A stretch of DNA of 64,000 nucleotides from positions 142,563-206,562 of the forward strand of contig JACPKP010000004.1 in NCBI GenBank assembly GCA_016186955.1. The letters run 5' to 3'. How positions within the stretch are numbered: the first letter of the stretch is position 1; each line of letters begins with the position of its first letter. The DNA comes from Candidatus Daviesbacteria bacterium. GTDB lineage: Bacteria > Patescibacteriota > Microgenomatia > Daviesbacterales > UBA10151. The notes beneath the pieces are model-generated. The model made no database searches and was not told where the DNA came from. It saw only the letters and a program-made list of their open reading frames with translations. This document shows positions 1 through 7,846 of the stretch, in pieces. The position numbers were made by a program, and so were the translations under genes.

Positions 1-108
1 AGTTGAGTTTCCTAAAGAATGCTGATGTAATCTTCTTTCTAAATTGTCAGTGAATCCTTTATAAAATTCTCCTGTTTTATGGCTTTTGATAACATAAACA
101 TAGAACAT
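1..108 (-). CDS. GIY-YIG nuclease family protein, N-terminal part (runs off window start)
   Basis: Not in ORF track. Minus strand from ATG at 108 reads MFYVYVIKSHKTGEFYKGFTDNLERRLHQHSLGNST, with the YVY...YxG...R...H GIY-YIG signature. Confidence 0.85.
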   Translation of the reverse strand, partial: MFYVYVIKSHKTGEFYKGFTDNLERRLHQHSLGNST

Positions 109-121
109 TTAGCTTTTCTGA

Positions 122-166
122 GTGTATACCTGCCTGCCGGCAGGCAGGCCATTCCACCACACCAGC
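122..166 (-). pseudogene. Orphan tRNA-Leu-like 5' fragment with a 20-bp palindrome in the D-loop
   Basis: GCTGGTGTGGTGGAATGG[CCTGCCTGCCGGCAGGCAGG]TATACAC. Without the insert it matches the 5' end of the tRNA-Leu(CAG) at 60965 (GCCGGGGTGGTGGAATGGTAGACAC). No anticodon arm follows. Confidence 0.75.
129..148. repeat. CCTG-family 20-bp perfect palindrome
   Basis: CCTGCCTGCCGGCAGGCAGG; relatives at 8704, 10046 and 13294. Confidence 0.9.
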
Positions 167-260
167 AAATACTTAACATATTTTATCAGAACATGCCTGA
201 GAATTTAACTACCACTTTGATGCTTCACTTTTTGGAGCCTGAAGGGATATAATACGGATT

Positions 261-1169
261 ATGGGCAAGAAGAAAAAAAAAGGCGTAGGGAAAAAACATT
301 TAAACCCTGTTTTAACTGTCGCTCTCTTTATTTTTTTGGGTGTACTTTTTACAGTAACAACATCAGTCAGCAAATTTCAAAAAGCTTCTTCAGCAACCCC
401 CAAACCCTCAATACTTGGTGTTTTATCAAAACCCAAAACCTCCATCCAAAAAACGGCCAGAAAACAGGTTCCTGCCATACCACAAAGTTATGGTAAATCT
501 GTAAATGTACCTATCCTTTATTACCATTACATTGGCACCAACGGAAATCCTGAAGATGTAGCCAGGGATAATTTATCGGTTGCCCCTGATAAATTTGATG
601 AGCAAATGGCTTACATTGCCAAAAACGGCTATAACGTAATCACGCTGGATACACTTTATGCAGCTTTACAGGGAAACGTAACGCTTCCTCCAAAACCGGT
701 TGTTTTAAGCTTTGATGACGGGTATATTGATTTTTATGTAAATGCTTACCCGGTCTTAAAAAAATACGGTTTCCATGCCACCTCATTTATCCCGACAGGC
801 CTGATAAACCAGGGGTATTATCTGACATGGGCCCAAATAAAGGAGATGGATAGCGCAGGCCTGATCTCTTTTCAGGCGCATTCTGTAAACCATCTCAACA
901 TGCCGTCCCTGTCTTCAGAGCAGATTAGGTATGAAGTCAACCAAAGCAAAAAAGAGCTTGAAGCTCAGATCGGGCATCCTGTTAATTTTTTCTCCTACCC
1001 TTACGGAGCTTCTAATGAGGAAGCCTGGAAGGCGGTAAAAGACGCCGGTTTTGCCGGGGCAGTAGGGACTTGGTATGGCAGCATCCAGTCAGAGGGAAAT
1101 ATTTTTGACATGCCGCGTATTAAAATCCCAGGCGGGCTCTCAATTACCGACTTTGCCTCCAAAATTTGA
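261..1169 (+). CDS. Membrane-anchored polysaccharide deacetylase (CE4/NodB family)
   Basis: N-terminal TM; PILYYH, LSFDDG, HSVNH and FSYPYG motifs. Confidence 0.9.
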   Translation: MGKKKKKGVGKKHLNPVLTVALFIFLGVLFTVTTSVSKFQKASSATPKPSILGVLSKPKTSIQKTARKQVPAIPQSYGKSVNVPILYYHYIGTNGNPEDVARDNLSVAPDKFDEQMAYIAKNGYNVITLDTLYAALQGNVTLPPKPVVLSFDDGYIDFYVNAYPVLKKYGFHATSFIPTGLINQGYYLTWAQIKEMDSAGLISFQAHSVNHLNMPSLSSEQIRYEVNQSKKELEAQIGHPVNFFSYPYGASNEEAWKAVKDAGFAGAVGTWYGSIQSEGNIFDMPRIKIPGGLSITDFASKI

Positions 1170-1203
1170 CTATAGGTTCTTTTTCTGATATAGTTGCCTT
1201 TAA

Positions 1204-2058
1204 ATGGAAAGAACAATCCCTGAGAAAGAATTGTCACGGTTTGTAATAACCTTGCCAAATACAGAAGCCGGACTTGAAGAAAAATACCTGGGTATTAAAT
1301 TTGTCAAAATTCCCCTAAAAATCCCTGCATACGGGAAAAACAGGATTGTTTTTTGGATATACCACAGAAATCTTTTGCCAAAAATAGCCGGACTTTACGA
1401 TAGCGGAGACGGTAAGAGACTTACGGGGGTTTTCATCTGTGACTATTTTGGATTTTTCTACAGAAAGATCCCGGTAAATTCAGCATTGAGCAGGGTCACT
1501 CCTCTACATGAAAGCTTTCACGGTTTTCTTCACTTAAATAACTCACCATTAAACTTAATACATCCCGTACCGGAATTACCGAACTTAGGCCAGGCGATAA
1601 AGTTTATGGAATCAGAAGTTATTTTAAAAGTAGTAAATGAAGGTTTTTGTGAATGGGCCGCCTATGAAACGCTTTTGCGGATTAGAGGTATTTCAGACAG
1701 GATGGATTTATGCAGGTTGCACAGGTTATTTATTTGCAAAAGAGAGCCTGTTGACGGTGCAGATAAAATTGATTACGACAGCTTTATCTTTGAGGGTATG
1801 CAAAATATCGGCATATTGGCAGATTACCGGACCGGAAGGGATTTGTTAATGAAAGATTCCCAAAAATTCAGTGAGAAACTTGCCGCCTCCAGTTATGACA
1901 CAGGCCACCATTTTGTCAATGAAGTTATCAAGGATTTAGGCGGAATGGATGCAGCTTTACCTGAAGCAATACATTTATTGATTAAAAATCCCCCAAAAAC
2001 AATTGAACATTTGAAAAATCCACATGATTTCAGCAGGTTGCTAATTGCTAAGGGTTAA
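1204..2058 (+). CDS. Hypothetical protein with HExxH (gluzincin-like) metallopeptidase motif
   Basis: LHESFHG followed by NEGFCEW; TTGACT/TATAGT-like promoter just upstream. Confidence 0.6.
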   Translation: MERTIPEKELSRFVITLPNTEAGLEEKYLGIKFVKIPLKIPAYGKNRIVFWIYHRNLLPKIAGLYDSGDGKRLTGVFICDYFGFFYRKIPVNSALSRVTPLHESFHGFLHLNNSPLNLIHPVPELPNLGQAIKFMESEVILKVVNEGFCEWAAYETLLRIRGISDRMDLCRLHRLFICKREPVDGADKIDYDSFIFEGMQNIGILADYRTGRDLLMKDSQKFSEKLAASSYDTGHHFVNEVIKDLGGMDAALPEAIHLLIKNPPKTIEHLKNPHDFSRLLIAKG

Positions 2059-2135
2059 TTTAACCATATAAATTTTACCAGAAATTCCGGTGTTTCTTTA
2101 TTACTTTTTTATCTAATACGGGTATTAGCTAAAAT

Positions 2136-2390
2136 TTAGCGGTCTTCTCTTGGTCTGGCAACATTAACAACAATCTTACGGCCGTCCATGTCAGAACCGT
2201 TGAGTTTACTTATAGCCTCATCTGCTTCCGCATCATTGGCCATCTCAACAAACCCGAACCCTCTGGAACGTCCTGTCATCCTGTCCATAAGGACAGTTGC
2301 TGATGTGACTGCACCGAATTGTGAAAAAAGGTCAGCTAATTTTTGGTCGTCTATTGCCCAAGGCAAAGACCCGACGAATAATTTCTTAAT
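2136..2390 (-). CDS. RRM (RNP-1) RNA-binding protein, probable ATT start
   Basis: RNP1 RGFGFVEM. RNP2 (KKLFVGSL) lies upstream of the ORF-track TTG. SD-like AGGTGGTGA is 6 nt before ATT at 2390, and an in-frame TGA lies at 2399-2397. Confidence 0.9.
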   Translation of the reverse strand: MKKLFVGSLPWAIDDQKLADLFSQFGAVTSATVLMDRMTGRSRGFGFVEMANDAEADEAISKLNGSDMDGRKIVVNVARPREDR

Positions 2391-2551
2391 ATATACTCAC
2401 CACCTATCTAGTCGCTAGCGTTAAGTCTTACTCACTAGGGACTAGATTTTAATCTAATACTAGGATCATTACTTGCTTAGCTCTTTTGTAATGGTACCCT
2501 AAAAATACTTCAAATGCAACTATGAGTTTAGCGTCTATAATCGAGGTTATT

Positions 2552-2583
2552 AATCGCGCAAGAATCGCGCATACTATTGCGAA
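2552..2583. repeat. AATCGCGCAA box array downstream of fic gene
   Basis: Boxes at 2552, 2563 and a degenerate one at 2575; same 11/12-bp spacing as the array at 3666. Confidence 0.7.
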
Positions 2584-2586
2584 GAG

Positions 2587-3648
2587 CTAATCTTTGATTA
2601 AAACATAGAAAGTGGCTCGCGCTTTACCCTCAGATTTAATTAATTTCTTATCCAAAAGATTTTTAAGTTTTAGTTGAGCAGTTCTTTTGGCAACTTTGAC
2701 AAGCTTTGTAACCTCACCAGAAGTAATTTTTTGATTTGAAACTAAAAAGTCCATGATTTTTAGCTCATCAGGGTCAAGATAAGTTTGAGTCCGGTCGCCA
2801 ACCTTGTCAAACCCTAAAGATACTATGACATTTTTTACTTTTCTGGCCTCCACTAAAAACCCTGCAATAAAATATTCCAGCCAACTGGTAAAATCAGCGC
2901 CTTCCTTGTAAAAATCATTCCACCCATATGCCAAAGCGTTATAATAATCCTGCCTATTCTTGTTATAAAATGCCTCCAGAACAATAACTTTTCTGAAATC
3001 CCATCCGTCTAAGTACAAAAGCAAATTAGTTAAAAGCCTGGTAACCCGGCCATTTCCATCTGAAAAAGGATGGATATGGACAAATTGGCTGTGAAAAATT
3101 CCAGCTTTAATAACCGGATGAAGCTGGTCTTTTTCAGAGTGTTTTAACCAAAGTAAAAGTTCCCTGATTAGTGGTTTGATATTGTCTGTTGGCGGCCCCT
3201 TAAACCTTAAATGTTCTTTGCCATTGCCTAAATCATCAACTATATAAACATCTCCGGGCCGGAAATTTCCGGATTTATGGTTTTCAAGCAATCCGCTCAT
3301 AGTAAGGGCGTGAATCTTTAAAATTACATCAACAGTAATCCCAATATTGTTTTTAGCCATTTTTTCTACCTCTTTTAAAGCTGCCTGATAATTTTTAACT
3401 TCCGCGATACTTTGATCATCTGCAGACACTGACATGCCTGATAAAACTTTATCTACCTGATATTCCTCAAGTTTATTGCCTTCAATAGAAGTTGAAGTAT
3501 GAACCATCCGTATCAGCGCCTGCCTCTTTAGTTCTAACTCATTTAATGGCAACACAGGCGACCTTTCAATAATTCCTTTTATTTCGGCAATCTCTGAAAT
3601 TGCACCCAAAACCTCAGGTGAAATAGTGTATTTTGGCTTAAAACCCAT
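2587..3648 (-). CDS. Fic family protein with inhibitory helix and C-terminal wHTH
   Basis: HPFSDGNGRVTR Fic motif; STSIEGN inhibitory motif; C-terminal HTH. Confidence 0.92.
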   Translation of the reverse strand: MGFKPKYTISPEVLGAISEIAEIKGIIERSPVLPLNELELKRQALIRMVHTSTSIEGNKLEEYQVDKVLSGMSVSADDQSIAEVKNYQAALKEVEKMAKNNIGITVDVILKIHALTMSGLLENHKSGNFRPGDVYIVDDLGNGKEHLRFKGPPTDNIKPLIRELLLWLKHSEKDQLHPVIKAGIFHSQFVHIHPFSDGNGRVTRLLTNLLLYLDGWDFRKVIVLEAFYNKNRQDYYNALAYGWNDFYKEGADFTSWLEYFIAGFLVEARKVKNVIVSLGFDKVGDRTQTYLDPDELKIMDFLVSNQKITSGEVTKLVKVAKRTAQLKLKNLLDKKLIKSEGKARATFYVLIKD

Positions 3649-3654
3649 ATTTTA

Positions 3655-3698
3655 ATTATACCACAAATCGCGCAATAATCACGCAAATTATCGCGCAA
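3655..3698 (-). promoter_or_regulatory. fic promoter (-10 TATAAT) with three AATCGCGCAA boxes immediately upstream
   Basis: TATAAT at 3660-3655, 6 nt before ATG; boxes at 3666, 3677 and 3689. Confidence 0.65.
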
Positions 3699-3765
3699 TA
3701 TATTGTTTTAACATCATTTTTTGGGACTTGTTTTCTTATATAAACATAGAATATATTAAATACTT

Positions 3766-4179
3766 ATGCAAGAACCTGAAGAAATCAATGCCGGGCAGAT
3801 TTTAATAAATATGGAAGGATTAATTAAAAACTATATCTCATCAATAGATAAGCTATCCGAAGAGGTCAAAAAACTCAAAGAGGCTCTTGAAGACATTTTC
3901 AAAAACGATCCCACTTTTCAGGAACATTCGGAGGAAGCAAAGAAATCGGCAAAGATTAAACAAAAAACAAAATCAGAAATACTAAAACGCACCCAGGCAG
4001 CCGAGCTTGATGCCAAAATTAAATCCCTAAGATCCCAGCTTAAAGAAAATAAGTCTGCGCTTTCAGATTATCTTCAGGAATATGCAAAAAAGTCAGGCTT
4101 AAATGAAATTGAGGGCGAAGATGGGGAAGTCAGGGAGATTGTTTATGTAGCAAAGCTTGTAAGAAAACCCTTCATTTGA
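3766..4179 (+). CDS. Hypothetical coiled-coil protein
   Basis: 137-aa K/E-rich ORF, co-oriented with the next gene. Confidence 0.75.
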   Translation: MQEPEEINAGQILINMEGLIKNYISSIDKLSEEVKKLKEALEDIFKNDPTFQEHSEEAKKSAKIKQKTKSEILKRTQAAELDAKIKSLRSQLKENKSALSDYLQEYAKKSGLNEIEGEDGEVREIVYVAKLVRKPFI

Positions 4180-4191
4180 TAAACTGGATTT

Positions 4192-4836
4192 ATGGCAAAT
4201 ACCCCGGAACAGCGCAGGCAGTTTTTTAAATCCTTTGAAGCGCAATCCTTAAAATCAAGATCACTTCTTACTCAAATCGCCGATGACTTGACAGCTATCT
4301 GCGGGTCAACAAAATTTTTAATTGCACACATTATATGGTTTTTAGCCTGGATTTTGCTCAATATGGGCTATATTCCGCAAATTACCCCTTTTGACCCTTT
4401 CCCGTACGGGCTTTTGACAATGTTTGTTTCACTGGAGGCGATCTTTTTATCAATATTTGTGCTGGTTTCCCAAAACAGGTCATCCTATATAAGCTCAGTA
4501 CGTGAGGAGGTGCATCTAAGGGTGAATCTGATTGCCGAGGAAGAAATTACCAAAATTTTAAGTATCCTGGCTGAGATGAGAAAAGAGATGGGGATTAAGG
4601 GAAAGGATAAAGAGCTGGAAGAGATGATGAAAAGGACTGACGCAAGTTATATAGAGAGGTCAATTATGAGGCAGATGGAAAGGGCATCCAAGCCAATTTC
4701 AACGCAGCTTAAAAAAGAGTTTCCTGAGATGTTGCTTTATCCTGTGAAGAAACCTATAGAATTGGTAAAAGATATAGCTACAGGTGCAGAGTCTTCACCT
4801 ACTTCTACAAAACTTCCGATTGAAAAACTTGAGTAA
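4192..4836 (+). CDS. DUF1003 membrane protein
   Basis: FDPFPYGLLTMFVSLEAIFLSIFVLVSQNR signature. Confidence 0.88.
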   Translation: MANTPEQRRQFFKSFEAQSLKSRSLLTQIADDLTAICGSTKFLIAHIIWFLAWILLNMGYIPQITPFDPFPYGLLTMFVSLEAIFLSIFVLVSQNRSSYISSVREEVHLRVNLIAEEEITKILSILAEMRKEMGIKGKDKELEEMMKRTDASYIERSIMRQMERASKPISTQLKKEFPEMLLYPVKKPIELVKDIATGAESSPTSTKLPIEKLE

Positions 4837-4898
4837 CTTCCAATATCACTCCTGGTTTGGTAAAATTGACAAAACAAATAAGATTCTAAGATTTGTTT

Positions 4899-4933
4899 TG
4901 TCATCCCGATCCGGCGTAGCCGGAGAGGGATCA
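4899..4933 (+). repeat. YGTCAT-tagged REP-like palindrome
   Basis: TGTCATCCCGATCCGGCGTAGCCGGAGAGGGATCA; overlaps a 13-bp inverted repeat at 4867-4879/4891-4903. Confidence 0.7.
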
Positions 4934-4939
4934 TGTTTC

Positions 4940-5093
4940 GCGGGATCGTCTAATGTAATACACCCCATTAGACGATATGATTGTAGACATATTGCGGGAT
5001 CGTCTAATGTAATACACCCCATTAGACGATATGATTGTAGACATATTGCGGGATCGTCTAATGTAATACACCACATTAGACGATATGATTGTA
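4940..5093 (+). repeat. 54-bp tandem repeat (~2.85 copies) built from the tRNA-Gln 5' end plus its inverted copy
   Basis: Units at 4940, 4994 and 5048: GCGGG ATCGTCTAATG TAATACACCC CATTAGACGAT ATGATTGTAGACATATT. Confidence 0.95.
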
Positions 5094-5137
5094 ACTTCGT
5101 TTCAGAACCTTGCCATTACCCGATCTAAGTATGACCT

Positions 5138-5172
5138 TGCGGGATCGTCTAATGGTAGGACGACAGACTTTG
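5138..5172 (+). pseudogene. Orphan tRNA-Gln(TTG) 5' half ending at the anticodon
   Basis: TGCGGGA TC GTCT AATGGTA GGAC G ACAGA CT TTG, then unrelated sequence. Confidence 0.85.
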
Positions 5173-5176
5173 CACA

Positions 5177-5215
5177 TTTACAACAGAACATAGATTATGT
5201 ATAATTTGATACATA
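5177..5215 (+). promoter_or_regulatory. Sigma70-type promoter with palindromic operator over the -10
   Basis: TTTACA(5177)-17-TATAAT(5200); TATGTAT-N6-ATACATA at 5196-5215. Confidence 0.7.
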
Positions 5216-5228
5216 TAGGTTGGTTCTC

Positions 5229-5909
5229 ATGTTAGCAAAAGTTAGAGAGCATCAGCAAGCGGTATATTTAAGGAAGAAAGGTAAATCTTATGCTGAAATT
5301 GCTTATAAAATACAAGTTTCGCAGTCGACACTTTCTTTATGGCTTAGGGATGTTAAGTTAACGAAAGAGCAAATAGATTCTCTTTTTTTAAAGAAATTAA
5401 TGGGTCAAAGGAAGGGTGGTTTTGCCAAAAGAAGATTTCGAGAACAGCAAGAAGAACGAATAATAAAAACCTCTTCAAGCGAAGTAGACTGTTTATCTAC
5501 AAGGGAGCTCTGGTTGTTGGGTATTATTGCTTATTGGTGTGAAGGAAGTAAGCAAAAAGAAAATAATGTTTCACAGAGAGTAGTATTTACAAACTCGGAC
5601 CCTTTTTTACTAAAGCTATTTGTAAAATGGATAAGAGAAATTTGCTTAATCGGAGATAAGGATATTGTATATAATCTGCATATACATGAAAATGCTGATG
5701 TTTCAACAGCGTTAAATTATTGGAGTAAGTTATTGAATATTAAAGTGGTAAGTTTTGGTAAGACATCAATTAAGACACATAAAATTCTCACCAAAAGAAA
5801 AAATATAGGTGAAAATTATCACGGGTTGATAAGGATTGGAATCAGAAAAAGTACGAGTTTAAATAGAAAAATTAGAGGTTGGGTAAAAGGTTTGAATAAC
5901 TTGATCTAA
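5229..5909 (+). CDS. N-terminal HTH plus putative LAGLIDADG-like domain protein
   Basis: HTH: LRKKGKSYAEIA...VSQSTLSLWL. LAGLIDADG-like helix LLGIIAYWCEGS followed by FTNSD. ATG 5229 preferred over TTG 5220. The fold call is inference. Confidence 0.7.
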   Translation: MLAKVREHQQAVYLRKKGKSYAEIAYKIQVSQSTLSLWLRDVKLTKEQIDSLFLKKLMGQRKGGFAKRRFREQQEERIIKTSSSEVDCLSTRELWLLGIIAYWCEGSKQKENNVSQRVVFTNSDPFLLKLFVKWIREICLIGDKDIVYNLHIHENADVSTALNYWSKLLNIKVVSFGKTSIKTHKILTKRKNIGENYHGLIRIGIRKSTSLNRKIRGWVKGLNNLI

Positions 5910-5913
5910 AAAT

Positions 5914-5985
5914 TGCGGAGTGGTGTAATGGTAACACGCCTGTCTTTGGAACAGGAAACTCTAGGTTCGAGCCCTAGCTCCGCAG
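5914..5985 (+). tRNA. tRNA-Gln(TTG), intact
   Basis: Full cloverleaf: acceptor TGCGGAG/CTCCGCA, anticodon arm CCTGT-CTTTGGA-ACAGG, T-arm CTAGG-TTCGAGC-CCTAG. Confidence 0.95.
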
Positions 5986-6064
5986 CAATTTTCCTAGGCT
6001 CAAATAACTATATCAAACTGAACGACCCCTGATTGTATTCGAACTTTAGCCTCAAAGGTGTATA

Positions 6065-7012
6065 ATGTACCTTATTATGAAGATGAAGACTAACTTTAGC
6101 TGCGTTATCCATGGAAGTTTCCGTAAACATTTTGATGTTATTCAAAAAATCTATAAACTCTTTATCGATGCAGGGATAGAAGTTCTTGCTCCACAACAAT
6201 CAGAAATTGTTTCAATTAAAGATGGCTTTGCACTATTCGAAGGTGAAGAAAAGCTGGACCAGCGTTTAATTGAACTGATATATCTACATAATCTAAAAAA
6301 ACTTGGCGAAAATGGATTTAGTTATTTCATAAACCCTGAAGGATATATTGGAAAAAGTACTTCATATGAGTTAGGAATTGCACAACTTACAAATACACGA
6401 TGCTTTTATTATTCAAAATTAGAAGACCATCCCGCATATGTTCATAAAAATGCTGTTTGGACACCTGAAGATTTAGTTACTTATATCCTCGAAAATGGTG
6501 CGCTACCTACTCCACAGATTAAACGTAGTGAGCGACTTATCCATAAGATGTGGGAAGACTTAATGGTTCCATGTTCAGTAGTAGCTACTGGAGCGATTAT
6601 TGAATATCAACCAAAAAGAAGACAATCTGAGAAAGAGATTTTATTAGTAAAAACTCATAAGTGGGGTAACAAATATTCTATTGTTGGAGGAAAGGTAAAA
6701 AGAAATGAGAGATTAGAACAAGCTCTTATTCGAGAAGTAAAAGAGGAAACAGGTTTACAATCTGAAATTGGTCAACATATCTGCACTTTCGACCAAATAA
6801 AAAATTCAGGATATTATCTATCTGGTATACAACATATTTTTGTTGACAATATTGTCAAAGTTACAAGTAAAAAAGTTTTCCTAAATGGCGAAGCTCAAGA
6901 CTATATCTGGATACCAGCAAAAGAGGCTCTCGAAGCCCTTGCTATTGAACCGAATGCTCGTCATACAGTGCAAATGTATGCGACTAGGCAATCTCAATTA
7001 AATATATTGTAA
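6065..7012 (+). CDS. Fusion of nucleoside-deoxyribosyltransferase-like domain and NUDIX hydrolase
   Basis: Nudix box GGKVKRNERLEQALIREVKEETG. N-terminal IHGSFRK...NPEGYIGKSTSYELG resembles the NDT-like fold (inference). True start may be ATG 6077. Confidence 0.8.
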   Translation: MYLIMKMKTNFSCVIHGSFRKHFDVIQKIYKLFIDAGIEVLAPQQSEIVSIKDGFALFEGEEKLDQRLIELIYLHNLKKLGENGFSYFINPEGYIGKSTSYELGIAQLTNTRCFYYSKLEDHPAYVHKNAVWTPEDLVTYILENGALPTPQIKRSERLIHKMWEDLMVPCSVVATGAIIEYQPKRRQSEKEILLVKTHKWGNKYSIVGGKVKRNERLEQALIREVKEETGLQSEIGQHICTFDQIKNSGYYLSGIQHIFVDNIVKVTSKKVFLNGEAQDYIWIPAKEALEALAIEPNARHTVQMYATRQSQLNIL

Positions 7013-7098
7013 ATATTGCATAGATTTTTGGTATACTAATTCTGGATATTTAATATTTTCTGTCCACTTTGCGGTACGGAAGTCGTCAACCAGCCCAG

Positions 7099-7143
7099 CT
7101 TTGAACTGAAACCGTCATTTTTGTGGTGGTTTTTCAGTTCAAA
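7099..7143. terminator. Long inverted repeat / terminator-like hairpin
   Basis: TTTGAACTGAAA...TTTCAGTTCAAA. Confidence 0.55.
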
Positions 7144-7214
7144 ATTAGGAATAGAGATCCGGACTGCGCAGCACAAAGCGCTAAGCTGTTCGCTCGAGCA
7201 AAACGAGGGCATAT

Positions 7215-7233
7215 AATCCATGTCCCGTAGCCA
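7215..7233 (+). pseudogene. tRNA-Gln-like 3' end fragment (att-like)
   Basis: AATCCATG TCCCGTA G CCA; TCCCGTA pairs 7/7 (one G-U) with TGCGGGA of the orphan 5' half at 5138. Confidence 0.6.
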
Positions 7234-7372
7234 AAATTGGACACCAAGCGACTGAAAGCTCTAAAAAACCCGATTATGCTTGCTAAATGTCATTTTTTAT
7301 CGTAAATCTTGTACAATACTAATTGTATTTTATTTACTACGACAGATGAAGATTTGGAGGTGAATCGAATCT

Positions 7373-7825
7373 ATGAAAAATCCAATAATAATTTTTGTGA
7401 TTATTGCAATTGTAGTAATTCTTGGAATCGGTGGATACACGCTTTCTCAGAACTCTTCTAAACCTGACTCCGCGATGAAAACAGATGACAGGATGACGGC
7501 AGCCTCTCGCTATGTTGAGTATTCCAAGGAAGTTTTTGAAAAAGCAGCTACAAACCGGAGGGTCCTATTTTTCTATGCTAACTGGTGTCCGATCTGTAAA
7601 CCAGCCGATGCTGATTTTAAGGCGAACTCAAGTAAGATTCCAGCTGATGTAACAGTTATTAGAGTTAATTACAACGACTCTGATACTGATCAAGAAGAAA
7701 AAGACCTTGCTAAAAAATACGCAATTACTTATCAACATACTTTTGTCCAAATCGATTCACAAGGAAAAGAAGTAACAAAATGGAACGGTGGCAAAACTGA
7801 TGAGTTACTTGCTAATATTAAGTAA
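7373..7825 (+). CDS. Membrane-anchored thioredoxin-like protein
   Basis: N-terminal TM; FFYANWCPICK; SD GGAGGTGA. Confidence 0.88.
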   Translation: MKNPIIIFVIIAIVVILGIGGYTLSQNSSKPDSAMKTDDRMTAASRYVEYSKEVFEKAATNRRVLFFYANWCPICKPADADFKANSSKIPADVTVIRVNYNDSDTDQEEKDLAKKYAITYQHTFVQIDSQGKEVTKWNGGKTDELLANIK

Positions 7826-7846
7826 TCTGCTGTTTGTTAACACACT

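Noticed and set aside
4940-5093. CRISPR array
   Set aside because: Units are identical over the whole period (one substitution), with no unique spacers and no cas genes in the window.
4784-5128. ORFs 4784-5128 (+) and 4846-5076 (-) with repeated peptides
   Set aside because: They are by-products of a stop-free 54-bp repeat, and the DNA is better explained as tRNA-derived.
5138-5985. Group I intron-split tRNA-Gln joining the 5' half to the downstream tRNA
   Set aside because: The downstream tRNA is complete by itself, its anticodon stem (ACAGG) cannot pair with ACAGA, and I see no intron core motifs.
7054-7090. FCPLCG zinc-ribbon-like fragment
   Set aside because: No start codon and no second CxxC; too short to support.
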